A stretch of 64,000 nt of DNA from Squalus acanthias (Eukaryota): positions 496,001-560,000 of the forward strand of contig CM059441.1 in assembly GCA_030390025.1 (NCBI GenBank), in the 5' to 3' direction. Below, piece by piece: positions 1 to 11,800 of the stretch. The first letter of the stretch is position 1; every line of letters begins with the position of its first letter. The position numbers were made by a program, and so were the translations under genes. A model generated the notes under the pieces. That model was not told where the DNA came from. It saw nothing but the letters and a program-made list of their open reading frames with translations, and did no database searches.

Positions 1-202
1 ATTTTAATGAAGAGTAAAATCGTGTGGGGTGTAAAGCCCGATCCCATCAGTTTCCCGGAAGTTGGGTTAGGTTAAATATACTCCCTTCGTGTGAGCACCA
101 GAAGCAATCAAAAGTTTGTTGCCATACAGAAAGGAAGATTCAAAATTAATGAGCAGTGGCAGCTGGAACTCTGTGAACTGATGAAATAACTGTAGACTTC
201 AT

Positions 203-652
203 GGCCTGGATTTTCTTTTATTGTCGCGGTCTGCTGTAAGTGCATGGTGGAGGATTTCTGGCCAGTGGAAGGCCTACATGTCCTCTGTGACCCCCATTCC
301 CATTTATTTTCCTGTGGCTGATTAATTATATATTCAGGACGGGCTCTCAGTGCAACCCGCGCTCCTCTGTGGAAACCTGCCTCAGAGTCCGAGGGAGATT
401 AACTGCTGCTACAGCACATTATTTGCGGCATCTCCTTAAAGGGACAGACCAACAACTGGGAATAATTGAGCAGCGTCCACTAAAAAAACTGTGAGGGGCA
501 GTGGTCGGAAGAAGAAGAGCTTTTGCCCCCCACAGACACGTGTAACCGGGGCGTAAAGCAAATAGCCGGTGTAAAAGATCGAGGAAACTTAGGTGCAAGT
601 GTGTTGCGCACATAAGCACGTTATGCCCGAGTTTCCTCGCTCTTTTACCCCC
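203..652. mobile_element. Old Harbinger-type MITE-like relic
   Basis: Starts GGCCTGGATTTT (like the GGGCTGGATTTT TIR of other MITEs here) and ends in TTTTACCCCCC; TIRs degraded, no clear TSD. Confidence 0.3.
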
Positions 653-660
653 CACCTATC

Positions 661-817
661 GATCCCTGCTCCCAAACGCATCTCCGCTCATTATGATGGC
701 TCACCAATCTCCTGGGTTGAGGCCCAGCTCAAAGGTTCCACTGATGCTACACTGAGCTGATCACTAAAAGGGATGTTGTAGTGGTCATCAAACGTTTCTG
801 TGTGTGGGACACCCCTG
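661..817. repeat. ~157-bp direct repeat, copy 1 (copy 2 at 2315-2471)
   Basis: GATCCCTGCTCCC...CATCAAAC...CCCCTG aligns colinearly with 2315-2471 with scattered substitutions. Confidence 0.85.
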
Positions 818-988
818 CAATAGTGGCGCGCTCCCAGGTGCCCTGTCCTACTGTTGGAAAGCAAGCGACAACCACTGACAGGAAAGCTTTGTTGTCATCG
901 CAGCAAACAATTTTATAAGTTGCAATAGAAGTAACTTGCTAGTGAGTCAAAAAATGGAGAAGTCGGATGGACCTCCTGGGGACTTCTA

Positions 989-1857
989 GGGCTGGATTTT
1001 ACCAGCCCTGAGGAGGCGGGTTTGGAGACGCGACTGCTGGGAAAGTCAAAAAGAATGGGAGGGGGTCCCGAACCCGCTCCCAACCTGCCTCCATACAATC
1101 TTCCCGGGAGTCGGGTCCCCAATTTGCGCAGGGACCCGACTCCTAGCGGTGGGAAGAGGATTATAGGCACTTAACTGCCTGTTAACGGATAGTTAACAGG
1201 CAGTTGAAGAGGCTTTTCCCAATTTTTAGACTGCTGCTGCGGGCTATCTGACGTCAGGGAACCCCGCCAGGGTAAGTGAGGCATGCTGTGGATCTGTTGT
1301 TATGTTGGTGTTTGGATGACAGCTGCAGAAGTGGTGTGAAGGATGCAATGGGACACTGGTTAGTATCAGAGGTAAGGAAATGTTATGAAAGTAATTTTTA
1401 ATGTGTTTAGATGTTTCTGCAGGTGACAAGCTGTGAAGTGTTTGTGTATCCTCATCTCATCGGGAGAAGAGACAGATGGCTTCTGCAATCTTAGCTGCAG
1501 CTGCCATCTGTTTTATCCTAAGGAGAGAGTAATTGGAGAGCCTCGGTGCAAGGGCTCACCTGTGTACAGTGATTGTCAGTGTTTGACAGCACCTCAATGC
1601 TGTCAAACAATGTCAAATCATCTGTCAAACAAGTGTGGTGCATCTGCCTTTAAGAAAACCGACAGATGAAGTGTCATCAACTGACGTCATCTGACACCGG
1701 CTTTCCCTTAATTGGCCGGCAAGCCCACAGGGCGGGCTTAACAAGGCCAATCAGGGCAAAATAGCGTCTGTTCATCAGACATCGCTGGGGGGCGGGACTA
1801 GAACCCAGAAGGCAGCAGTCCCGCCCCCAACTCGTCTCGGTAAGTAAAATCCAGCCC
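989..1857. mobile_element. Non-autonomous Harbinger-type DNA transposon (MITE family A)
   Basis: TIRs GGGCTGGATTTT...AAAATCCAGCCC; 3-bp flanks CTA/TTA; colinear second copy at 57601-58411. Confidence 0.85.
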
Positions 1858-2314
1858 TTAAGTGCCTCATTTTGTTTTGTTTTCCCCACAACCCCTCAGT
1901 ACAGAGGGATATTGATGATATCAACTGAGCTGCACAGCTGAGGGGAAGAAGTCAGCAGCACGAAAGTCAGCAGGCTATTTTACCATGGAGGTAATCACAG
2001 ACAAGCTGGATCCTATCCTTGCCTTGAGATCCACACGTGTGCTTGCAACAGCAATCAGCAGCAGGGACCTGGCTAATTTTTCTCCTCTGTGACACAGGAG
2101 CTAATTTGTAGTGCCTCTACTTTTGCTGTGGATGACACCGTCCAATTGAGCACAGAGTGGGAGTCAAACATGGTCTGCATGGTTCGGCTATTCTCTAGGC
2201 GACTTCACTGAGCCTTCAGAGGGGCAGCAGAATATCGGGCTCATGATTTGAATGTCTAAGTTGTGTTGGAGCTTCAGCTGATAGCAGGAGTTATTAGGAG
2301 ACATTATTGCAACA

Positions 2315-2471
2315 GATCCCTGCTCCCGAATGCATCTCAGCTCATTATAATGGCTCACCAATCTTCTGGGTGGAGGTCCAGCTCACAGGTTCCACTGAAG
2401 CTACACTGAGCTGACCACTAAAGAGATATTGTTGTGGTCATCAAACCTTTCTGTGTGCGGGACCCCCCCTG
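2315..2471. repeat. ~157-bp direct repeat, copy 2
   Basis: Aligns with 661-817. Confidence 0.85.
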
Positions 2472-2655
2472 TTAGAAAAATGGTGATCATGATGATCTTA
2501 TGTTATAAGAAGGTTCTGCTATATCCATAGATACTTTCATCTTCTTTAGTGTTCAAAAAACATGTTTTCAATCCATTATGTTGACTGAAATGGTTCTCTA
2601 CCGACAGTAATGTCCCAAAGTAATTCTTTTGGCTGCTGGGTCATTCCACTCTTAC

Positions 2656-2792
2656 CTTTCCTGGAGGCGGCTTTGTTTAATTGATTTGAACGATGAGGAG
2701 AAAGTTGACGACGGGTCCATGTTCTCTCTCGCAGGTTGGCCTTGACAGCTCACAGTCGGTACCGGAATGGAATCTAGCCCAGACTGTACCAT
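2656..2792 (-). CDS. Candidate first coding segment of an unidentified host gene, within exon 2656-2906: MVQSGLDSIPVPTVSCQGQPARENMDPSSTFSSSFKSIKQSRLQE...
   Basis: Non-repetitive sequence; minus-strand acceptor ttttacaatttacAG at 2907-2908; donor AAG|GTAAGA at 2655; ATG in AGCATGG context with an upstream in-frame stop; frame open to the donor. Confidence 0.5.
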
Positions 2793-3359
2793 GCTGTGCA
2801 CACTGAATATACCTCAGAACAAGGCAGGCAGGGGCTGAGACTACCCGCTGGCTCCACAATGTCCTGGCTGGGTTGGATGCAAAGTCTCGCTTAAATGGTA
2901 ATTCATCTGTAAATTGTAAAAATAGAAACATTGATTGTGGTGTAAAGCACTGAATGGCCCTCATAAAATTCAAAGTAAGTTTACTGTTTAGCCCGTAGAG
3001 TCTTGAATTCCATTTACAACTTTGAAGAGATCTATATACGTGCAATTATATATCAGTTTTTTAAAATATAAAATTTAGAAAAACTTCTTGCTAATCACTA
3101 AATATAGATATTGAAACAAACATCGATCATAATCCTTAGAGTGAATATAAACACTTGACATGTTTACTGTCATTTATTGACCAGACTAGTACTTGAAAGA
3201 TCTACTAGCCAAAAAATAAGCTTAAAAGCAATGAATTTACATATGTTACCACTGCTTCCTGCAGATCCTAAAGCCCAGGGGGAAACTTTTGGGCTATTCA
3301 GGATTTCAGCATTTTATTGAGGCAGATCGAATAGGCATTGGTCATTTGAGGCATTGGTA

Positions 3360-3527
3360 CTTCTTCTTCTCAGGCAGTCCCTCGGCACCGAGGATGACTC
3401 GCTTCCACACTAAAAATGAGTTCTCAGGTGACTGATGCGTCCAATGAGGGACCTACAGTCTCTGTCACAGGTGGGGCAGACGGTGGTTGGAGGGGTGGGC
3501 GGGTGGGGTGCTTGGGTTGACATGCGT
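3360..3527 (-). mobile_element. RTE-clade LINE 3' fragment
   Basis: Reverse complement of the 3' end of the RTE at 20654-21342, including the (AAG)n tail. Confidence 0.85.
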
Positions 3528-4137
3528 ACTAATGTTATTTAAAGCTACTGTAATTAACCAAACTTTTCATACAGCTTTTCACGACTGCATTGTTAGATTT
3601 GTATTGCCTTGGTTTTATCGAGTATCATTTTGATCTTCATAATCATTTCACATTGGATTTTGACTAGTAATTGTATTAGGCCAGGTAATTAAAAATTAAG
3701 AACTATTCATTGGCATAATAGATCTCACTGTAGCTTGCTCTTTGTTGATCCAAGAGTTGGCACAGCTGGATTGTCTAAAAAGAATTGAGTTAATTGATGA
3801 TATTTATTCATTTTATACTGAGGTGGAAAGAGGTGGAGAACACAGCTACTGCTTACTTAGTGATATAGTTGAAAGCAGCGCAATTTCCATATCTTTTATC
3901 GAACCTCGCTGAGAATGACTTTGTAGTGCATCAAGTACAGTTTGTGCTCGATTCATGTTGAATGGAGATTGCAATAAAATGAGAAGAACAAACCTTTCAT
4001 TTCTACAGTTGAACTTTTTTTTCGCAAATAAATAATTTTTTCCAAGAGCAAAAATGTCAGCAGTCAAGATGGTGAAGAAAGTATTTCTGAAATTTACTGG
4101 ATGAATAATAATTGATGAAGTAACAAACAGAGACTTT

Positions 4138-4980
4138 GGGCTGGATTTTCATTGACCCGTGGAGGCGGGTTTGGAGGCGTGTGGGGGGTTAAAGTTACAG
4201 ATTTGGGGGTCCCGAACCCATCCCGCCCCCAACCCGCCTCCATGCCAGTTTCACTGGTGGCGGGTACCCGACCTGTGCTGGGACCCGCCTTCCCGAGGCG
4301 GGAAGGGGATTAGTGACAATTAACTGCCTGCTAACAGGTAGTTAACAGGCAGTTTTTTGCCTAATCCCTATTTTAAAAGCTGAAATGTGGGCTTCCCGAC
4401 AGGTCCCAACCACGCCAAGTTAGCGAGGCGGACCGTGGGTCTGCAGGGGTTGGAGGGGTCGATATGTCCGGTGGGCAGGTGAGTGATGGGTGCATGTGTG
4501 CAGAGGTAAGTGTGTAAGGTAAGTGTAAAGTGTGGAAAAAAGTTTTACTTACCTTAACTTCCTCCTGCAGGTGACAGCCCTTCAGGTCTTAGGAGTCAGA
4601 AATCTCACCGGCACAGAAAGCATAATGGCCGTTGATTTGTCAAAAACTGCAGCCTTCTGCTTTCTGTGCTGGAATGATTTCTAACTCAGCCTGAGAGGAA
4701 GGACTCAAGTTAGAAGACAGATTGTCAGTGTTTGACAGCTTCACAGAGCTGTCAAACGCTGATATTTCATGTCAAAAGCACTTGACAGATGAAATGTCAA
4801 TCTGTGACGTCACCTGTTGCCGGGTGGCCCTTGATTGGCCTGCTGAGCCCACTGGGCGGGCTCAACAAGGTCAATCAAGGGAAAATGCAGTGGGTTGGCC
4901 ACAAGTCGATGGAGGCGGGACTACAACCCAAAAAGTGGGAGTCCCGCCTCCATCCCGTCCCCAGTATCAAAATCCAGCCC
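4138..4980. mobile_element. Non-autonomous Harbinger-type MITE (diverged relative of family A)
   Basis: TIRs GGGCTGGATTTT/AAAATCCAGCCC, perfect 3-bp TSD TTT, shared internal hairpin and GTTTGACAG motifs with 989-1857. Confidence 0.85.
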
Positions 4981-5278
4981 TTTGAGTTAAAGCTAAGGAA
5001 TTTGTTATTCCCCCCTCCCCTGAGTTTTCTCCTCTTGCCTTGTCTCTCCTGATAGCACTAGCACCTTGCTACAGTACAGTTCCCTGGACACCAGTTACTA
5101 CTTGGTGCTTCACCCAAGTATCAGACCTTCATAGTGAATATTGGCAGGCTAATTGAAAACCGGGTGAGGGGTGGGGGAATCACAGTTCAAGCCAATCCTG
5201 TTCTCCCTCCACACACACATCCCAATTCTGGGCGGGGTTTCAGTAGCAATCAGGAGCCCTGGTTAGTTTTCCTACGTA

Positions 5279-5490
5279 CAGGCATATTAGTGTGTGGTTA
5301 AGAGGCTTTTCTATGTTGTAGTATGACACACAGATTAGTGTGCAAGCAATAGGCTTTTCTAAGTTGTAGTATGAAGCGCATATTAGTTTGTGGGCAATGG
5401 GTGTTTCTACCTATGTTGTAGTACAATGCACAGATTGGAGTGTTGGTAATGGACCTTTCTGTGTATATTGTAGTATGAGGCACAGATTAC
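5279..5490. repeat. Degenerate ~48-bp tandem repeat (~4 copies)
   Basis: Recurring CA(T/G)ATTAGT...TTTCT...TTGTAGTATG units. Confidence 0.6.
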
Positions 5491-6030
5491 AACAACAACA
5501 ACGACAGCAACTTGTATTTATATAGGGCCTTTAACGTAGTAAAATGTCCCAAGGCGCTTCACAGGAGTACTAAAAGACACCGAGCCACATAAGGAGAAAT
5601 TAGGGCAGGTGACCAAAAGCTTGGTCAAAGACGTAGGTTTTAAGGAGCATCTTAAAGGAGGAAAGAGAGGTAGTGAGGCGGAGAGGTTTAGGCAGGGAAT
5701 TCCAGAGCTTAGGGCCTAGACAACAGAAGGCACAGCCACCAATGGTGGAGCGATTATAATCAGGGATGCTCAAGAGGGCAGAATTGGAGGAGCGCAGATA
5801 TTTCAGGGGGTTGCGGGGCTGGAGGAGATTACAGAGATAGGGAGGGGCGAGGCCATGGAGGGATTTGAAAACAAGGATGAAAATTTTGAAATCGAGGTGT
5901 TGCTTAACCGGGAGCCAATGTAGGTCAGCAAGCACAGGAGTGATACGTGAACGGGACTTGGTGCGAGTTAAGACACGGGCAGCCGCGTTTAGGATGACCT
6001 CAAGTTTACGTAGGGTAGAATGTGAAAGGC
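5490..6030 (-). mobile_element. L2-clade LINE 3' fragment
   Basis: ORF 5600-5935 LHWLPV...FKI...HGLAPPYL...LRS is the L2 ORF2 C-terminus; (TTG)n tail. Confidence 0.85.
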
Positions 6031-7354
6031 CATTTAAATTGGTTTAGTGAAAAAAGGCTGCAACATCACTTTATTACTGAGCAACATACAGGATTTGAAT
6101 TTTAATTGGTATCTTGCAAGAAAATGTTATAAGGCATTGCAGCTTAGAAATTCTGATGTGTGTGAAAAAAATGTACAGTGTATGAAGTTGCTTGTGTATT
6201 TGTATCTCTATACATATAGTTTATTGATGTCAAACAATGCAATAAGGATTCTTGTTAAGCTGTATATTTTTCAATTCAGATATTACCTGTTGTGTAAAGA
6301 AAATGAGTATGGAGCAAAAAGAGCAATGGAATAACACTTCATTAAAGTATTTGGCCTGAAGGATTATACCGATATAACAGTTACCGTAGTACAGGTGATA
6401 GGACTGTTCCTGCAGGAATTTAAACCAAATTCAGTATCTGGTATCTTTATGTAAACTAGATACATTGTATGTAATAATGTAGTTTATGGATGTAACAGGT
6501 TTCCTCATCTAACAGATGATGGCTATTAAAAACATTGCACGGAATTTTCAACTTACGGCAGGTGTGTGAAACAGGCGATAGAGGGTTGGGTTGGATGTAT
6601 AATGTGCGGCTGATCCACTATTGCCTGTTGTACAGCCCTGCCAAAGCTGGACATTCCACCCCATACCTATTTAAAAGCCAGCACATTGCCTTGTACATCA
6701 CATGTCTGATACAAGTAAAATACTGTGGGTCACTTTAACAGAAGGCACACGACTGCCGTATCTCTGAAACAAATAGATACCGATTCCCCCATTACTAGCA
6801 TCGCTTTGCACTGCTTCCGAATAAGAACACGATAACCTGACAAAAGTCAAGGACATGAAAAGGCCATCAAAGTTCATCTTTCTACAACTCTAACTCTCCC
6901 ATTATTGCATTCAGTTACATCTTGAGCCTCTCTTAATATGTTTGGCTTAATTAGCACGACAGATTATTCTAAACCCTTACCACTCTTCTTCCTTTTACAC
7001 CTGTTTTAAAGATACATTTTATTGAATTGATGTCCTCTGCTTCCACCTTCCTGGCTTAATTTGAAGTAACTTATAGTTATATCTATGCCATTTAATATTG
7101 TATATATTTCGGTGAGGTTGCCCCAAATGTCCGCTTCACACTATACAGCACGACTTCTCAAATATTTTCTCAATGCTTCTCCCCTTTACACTTGGGATGG
7201 GTCTTCCCTGAGCTTAGTATAGAATATGGTAAGTTTATAGAAGAATGAGAAGCGAGCAGAAGTTATTCAGTTAACAAGAATGTACAACTGAAAGAATTTC
7301 GTCTCAAAGGGAAAATACAATGAAAGTAAATAGATTTTGGATTTAACATGCCTG

Positions 7355-7604
7355 TTTCTTCACCCAGAGAGTGGTGAACCTGTGGAATTCTCTACCACAG
7401 AAGGCAGTAGAGGCCAATTCATTAAATATATTCAAGAAGGAGTTGGATATATTTCTTAAGGCTAAAGGGATCAAGGGATATGGGGAGAAAGCAGGGACAG
7501 GGTTCTGAATTTGGATGATCAGCCATGATCGCATTGAATGGCGGAGCAGGCTAGAGGGGCCGAATGGCCTACTCCTGCTCCTATCTTCTATGTTTCTATG
7601 TTTC
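7355..7604 (+). mobile_element. CR1-clade LINE 3' end (HER1-like)
   Basis: FFTQRVVNLWNSLP motif, 3' UTR and (TTCTATG)n-type tail; near-identical copy at 60612-60828. Confidence 0.9.
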
Positions 7605-8059
7605 CCGAATAAAATATTCCGCACTTGCTTAAAAGGAGTTGACTGCACTAGAAGTAAAACTGTCTTCGCAAGACGTGCAATTCTCCTGTGCTTATGGCAA
7701 TTTTTGTGAATGCTTGCTAGTTTTACCAACAGGAAGCTCATTTGAATTTCAGTTTACCATTGTATAGTCCTCAGTTTTGCAGCCTCATTAGCTGGAAGCT
7801 AAATTATTGTAAGTCATTGATCATATTGTAGAATATCATATCTTCATGACAGATAAATTGTCCACAATGATCACTTATTTAATAGAAGTTACTTTCTGTT
7901 TCTTTATAATGATAATAGATTCAATTTAACTTTCAATTAATGTAATTTTAAATACAATTTTTAAAGTTTCTATTCTACATGGACCCTAGGCACTTCAGTT
8001 ATGAGAGTAATCTTGGTCAAAAGCTGCATTGCATATACAAGTACTATCTTATAGAGGTA

Positions 8060-8290
8060 CGATAGCAAAATACTGCGGATGCTGGAAATCCGAAATAACA
8101 ACAGAAAACGCTGGAAAAACTCAGCAGGCCAGGCAACATCCGTGGAGAGAGAAAGAGAGTTAACGTTTCAGGTCGAAACCCTTCGTCGGAACTCTCTCAG
8201 TTCCGACGAAGGGTTTCGACCTGAAACGTTAACTCTCTTTCTCTCTCCACGGATGTTGCCTGGCCTGCTGAGTTTTTCCAGCGTTTTCTG
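8060..8290. mobile_element. Penelope-like terminal-repeat insertion forming a perfect 92-bp inverted repeat
   Basis: Arms 8102-8193 and 8199-8290 with loop CTCTC; 14-bp TSD ATCTTATAGAGGTA (8046-8059, 8291-8304); matches the Penelope 3' end at 46079-46177. Confidence 0.9.
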
Positions 8291-8889
8291 ATCTTATAGA
8301 GGTAGTCTGCTGTTAAATTGCAACTAAAGTGAAAATAGAGAGAACAACCCATAAACTGATCCATGTGGCACTCCCTCACTGGTCTTGTGTTTGGTATAAA
8401 GGCCACAGATATGCTTAACCTATTTTCAGAAAAAACTAGTTCTATCAGTCAGCTAAAAGAATTTAATGACAGCACATTTCATTTAGTGACAAGACAGATC
8501 TACGTTCCTCTTTAGGCACATAGTTAAAAAGAGCTGTACTTTTAAACTCATTCTTAAATTCTGGTTCATTCATTTTTTAGCTTCACTATTTATGAATCTA
8601 AGAACTACCACCTCAGTACACTATACTGCTTTGAAATGATGCCAAACAGTTTAAATATTTGAATAGTCATTTTTTCAAGACACTCAACAAATGGCAATGC
8701 AATATTATATTTGTGTCCGTTTTTCAATTTATGTCGGATTAATCTTATTTTATCTTAATATATATAATGTATTTAACCATTTTCCTGTCACTGGTACAAA
8801 GCAGAGTACAGAAGCAGGTATAAAACTGCCATTTATGCTACATTATTTTAATCAAAGAGCAACAGAAAATATCTCAAAAAGTTACTTAC

Positions 8890-9456
8890 CCACAACAGGA
8901 ATACATTTAAAATGTATGCAGGGCAGTATCACACCACCATGGCAGCAGCTGACTGTTGCTCAGACTGTGTTCATGAAGTTTGTTTCTAAAAGTGCAGAAA
9001 GCACATAGTAGAATGAGGTAGAAAAAGGGCAGGAACAGGCATGTATTTTAAACAGTTTCACAATTCCGTCGACATACTTCAAACTGCAATGCTGGCAGGA
9101 GCAGTCAAATTGGACTTTGAAAACCAGTTGAACCGCACAACTTCTCAAGTTAAAACCCATTCAAGGCAAAGCCAATTTCTGCCCTCCCCCCTCCCCCTGT
9201 GTTTTCTGTTTGCTTTTCCAATTCTTTACTCACCTAAAGTAAAAGCTAAAATATTCAGCAGAAGCTTTCTCTTTCTCTCTCTCTCTCTCTCTCTGTCTAT
9301 GGTAATCCCTGCCTATAATGTACACTGCTGCATTTTCCTGAATGCTCAGGAAGCTGCTTATCAGCAGAGAGGTTCTTCTTGCTGTTTACTGCTGCTTCCT
9401 CCCACACCACCTACACACGGGCCTACGCACTTTCATCATCCTACTTCACTTGCAAG
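8890..9456 (-). other. Candidate non-coding (5' UTR or alternative) host exon
   Basis: Acceptor ccttttgtttcaccttttcAG at 9457-9458; donor GG|GTAAGT at 8889; lies in a TE-poor block. Confidence 0.25.
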
Positions 9457-10582
9457 CTGAAAAGGTGAAACAAAAGGTCGTATTAAATGTACATGACAAA
9501 AAAAATAGAAAATTGGGTAATACAGTCTAAAGTCTATTTTAGGATGTTAGAACATTTTGAATGCCCGTGTGAACCAGTTGCCAAATGCATTAGCTTTACA
9601 GATTTATTAGCTTAGTTAAAAAACACACACATACACACCAAAGTCCCAGGTTAGCTGATTCAGAAACATTTAATTTAAAGTGTAAGTTTCCTCTTTCAGT
9701 TTTCCAAATATTTAACCTATTTACAGCAATGCTTAAGCATTAATTACAACGCTTAAGAATATTTCTGGTACTTGCGACATGTCTTTGTACCATTTAACCA
9801 ATATGCAGCGTGTAGATAAAGAATGATGATAAGCAGTTTAACTCGTAATGCTTTTTGTTTTTGAGGGAAAATATATGAACCCCCGGAGTCAAAGTCTGCA
9901 TTACTGTAGAAATATTTACATTGCAAATCTTGCTTAATATTTAACTCACTTGGTTAAATCAATATGTACGTCATGTGACTGGGAATGAGGAAGTGAGTTT
10001 CACGCTTTATTTTGAAAGAAAAAATTAACATGTGATTTTTTTTTTTAATTAGAGCGATCTAAATCACCTTTGTAGTCTTCCCATCAGTCTCCTGCCATTG
10101 TTCAGAGTGTGTGATTTTTTTCTCTCTTCCATTTCATTAACAGAATGAAAGCACTTAGCCACATTATTACAATCTGAATCAGCATAAGCCTTACTAAGTT
10201 TCATTGCTACTACTTAGTAAACATGTTTGATCTACAATGGAACAAAGATTTGGGGGTTCTGAGACTTCAAAGCACATCAGAATGTAATTGCTGGCACTTA
10301 ACCTGATATGGTCATGACTGCAATACATTTAATTGGTTTGGAATTTGTGACAGATAAGGAAGTACAGTAAATCCTGCTTTACTGATGAGCTAGTTAATTG
10401 GCTGTCTGCCAATAAAGGGCACTTGTTGCTTTTTCCCTTTTTAATTGCTATCTGAGATGATTGACTGCTTCTAATCACCTTGACGTTGCTGCCTGGTATC
10501 GCTGATTCACCTGTCAGGGTTGGGATGAGCTTTATCAGTTCTTAGCTGGGCCCCTAGGTGCAGCTTCTTGTGAAAGTTTTAT

Positions 10583-10921
10583 TTTATTTGTTCCTGGGAT
10601 GTGGGCGTCGCTGGCAAGGCCAGCGTTTATTGCCCATCCCTAATTGCCCTTGAGAAGGTGGTGGTGAGCCACCTTCTTGAACCGCTGCAGTCCGTGTGGT
10701 GAAGGTACTCCCACAGTGTTGTTAGGGAGGGAGTTCCAGGATTTTGACCCAGCAACGATGAAGGATCGGTGATATACTTCCAAGTCAGGATGGTGTGCGA
10801 CTTGGAGGGGAACTTGGAGGTGGTGCTGTTCCCATGCGCCTACTGCCCTTGTCCTTCTAGGTGGAAGAGGTCGCAGGTTTGGGAGGTGCTGCCAAAGGAG
10901 CCTTGGCGAGTTGCTGCAGTG
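10583..10921 (-). mobile_element. CR1-group LINE (second family) 3' fragment
   Basis: SKSWNSLP...GLQRFKK..HHHLL C-terminus shared with 13868-14321, 34373-35592 and 47820-48215. Confidence 0.85.
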
Positions 10922-11451
10922 GAAGTGGAAGAATTCTCCTGAGGGGAAGGGAGGGGAGGGTAGAGGAGAGGCGAAGCAGGAAGGAAAGGGAAGAAAGACA
11001 CTAATCAACTCATCCTACTTCAACCACGTCTTCTGTTGGTCAATCATAGAATGATTGACAACTGAGTCGTGGACATGTTTGTGTTCCAGACCAATCCTTC
11101 AGAGGAAAAAATGAGCAAGGCAGACATTTAATTAAATTAACCATAATTTCACTGCATACAACGATTATCCTAGGTCATCATCATGGCACTGAAATTGTCC
11201 AACAGACAAAAATATCTTCCAAGTACAACTCCTGTGGTGTCCAATAATACTAAAGATGTGATGTTATTTATTCAGTGCAAAACATTTCTACCATATGCTT
11301 GATTCTATTTTACACTGAATATTCTTAGTTTTTCAAAACAAACCGTCTTAACAACTAAATCCACCGCCTTTTGAAGCTAAGAAGTGCTTGCTGTTGTTTG
11401 TTTCTTGATGCTTCTGAGATGGCAGCCAGGCCAAATAAGCCATCTCTGTAA

Positions 11452-11800
11452 TAAAAGAAAGAAAGACTTGCATTTATATAGCGCCTTTCACGACCTCTGG
11501 ACGTCTCAAAGTTTTGGAGTGTAGTCACTGTTGTAATGTGGGAAACGCCGCAGCCAATTTGTGCACAGCAAGATCCCACAAACAGCAATGTGATAATGAC
11601 CAGATAATCTGTTTTTGTTATGTTGATTGAGGGATAAATATTGGCCCCTGGACACCGGGGAGAACTCCCCTGCTCTTCTTTGAAATAGTGCCGTCGGATC
11701 TTTTACGTCCACCTGAGAGAGCAGACGGGGCCTTGGTTGAACATCTCATCTGAAAGACGGCACCTCCGACAGTGTAGCGCTCCCTCAGCACTGCACTAGA
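11452..11800 (-). mobile_element. DeuSINE-like SINE (SacSINE1-like) with L2-type tail
   Basis: Deu-domain-like core (GCCGTCTTTCAGATGAGA..., AAAGATCC..GGCACT, CCCGGTGTCC) and GGCGCTATATAAATGCAAG tail shared with L2 copies. Confidence 0.75.

Noticed and set aside
8079-8406. Two opposite-strand ORFs with an identical peptide
   Set aside because: Consequence of the perfect inverted repeat
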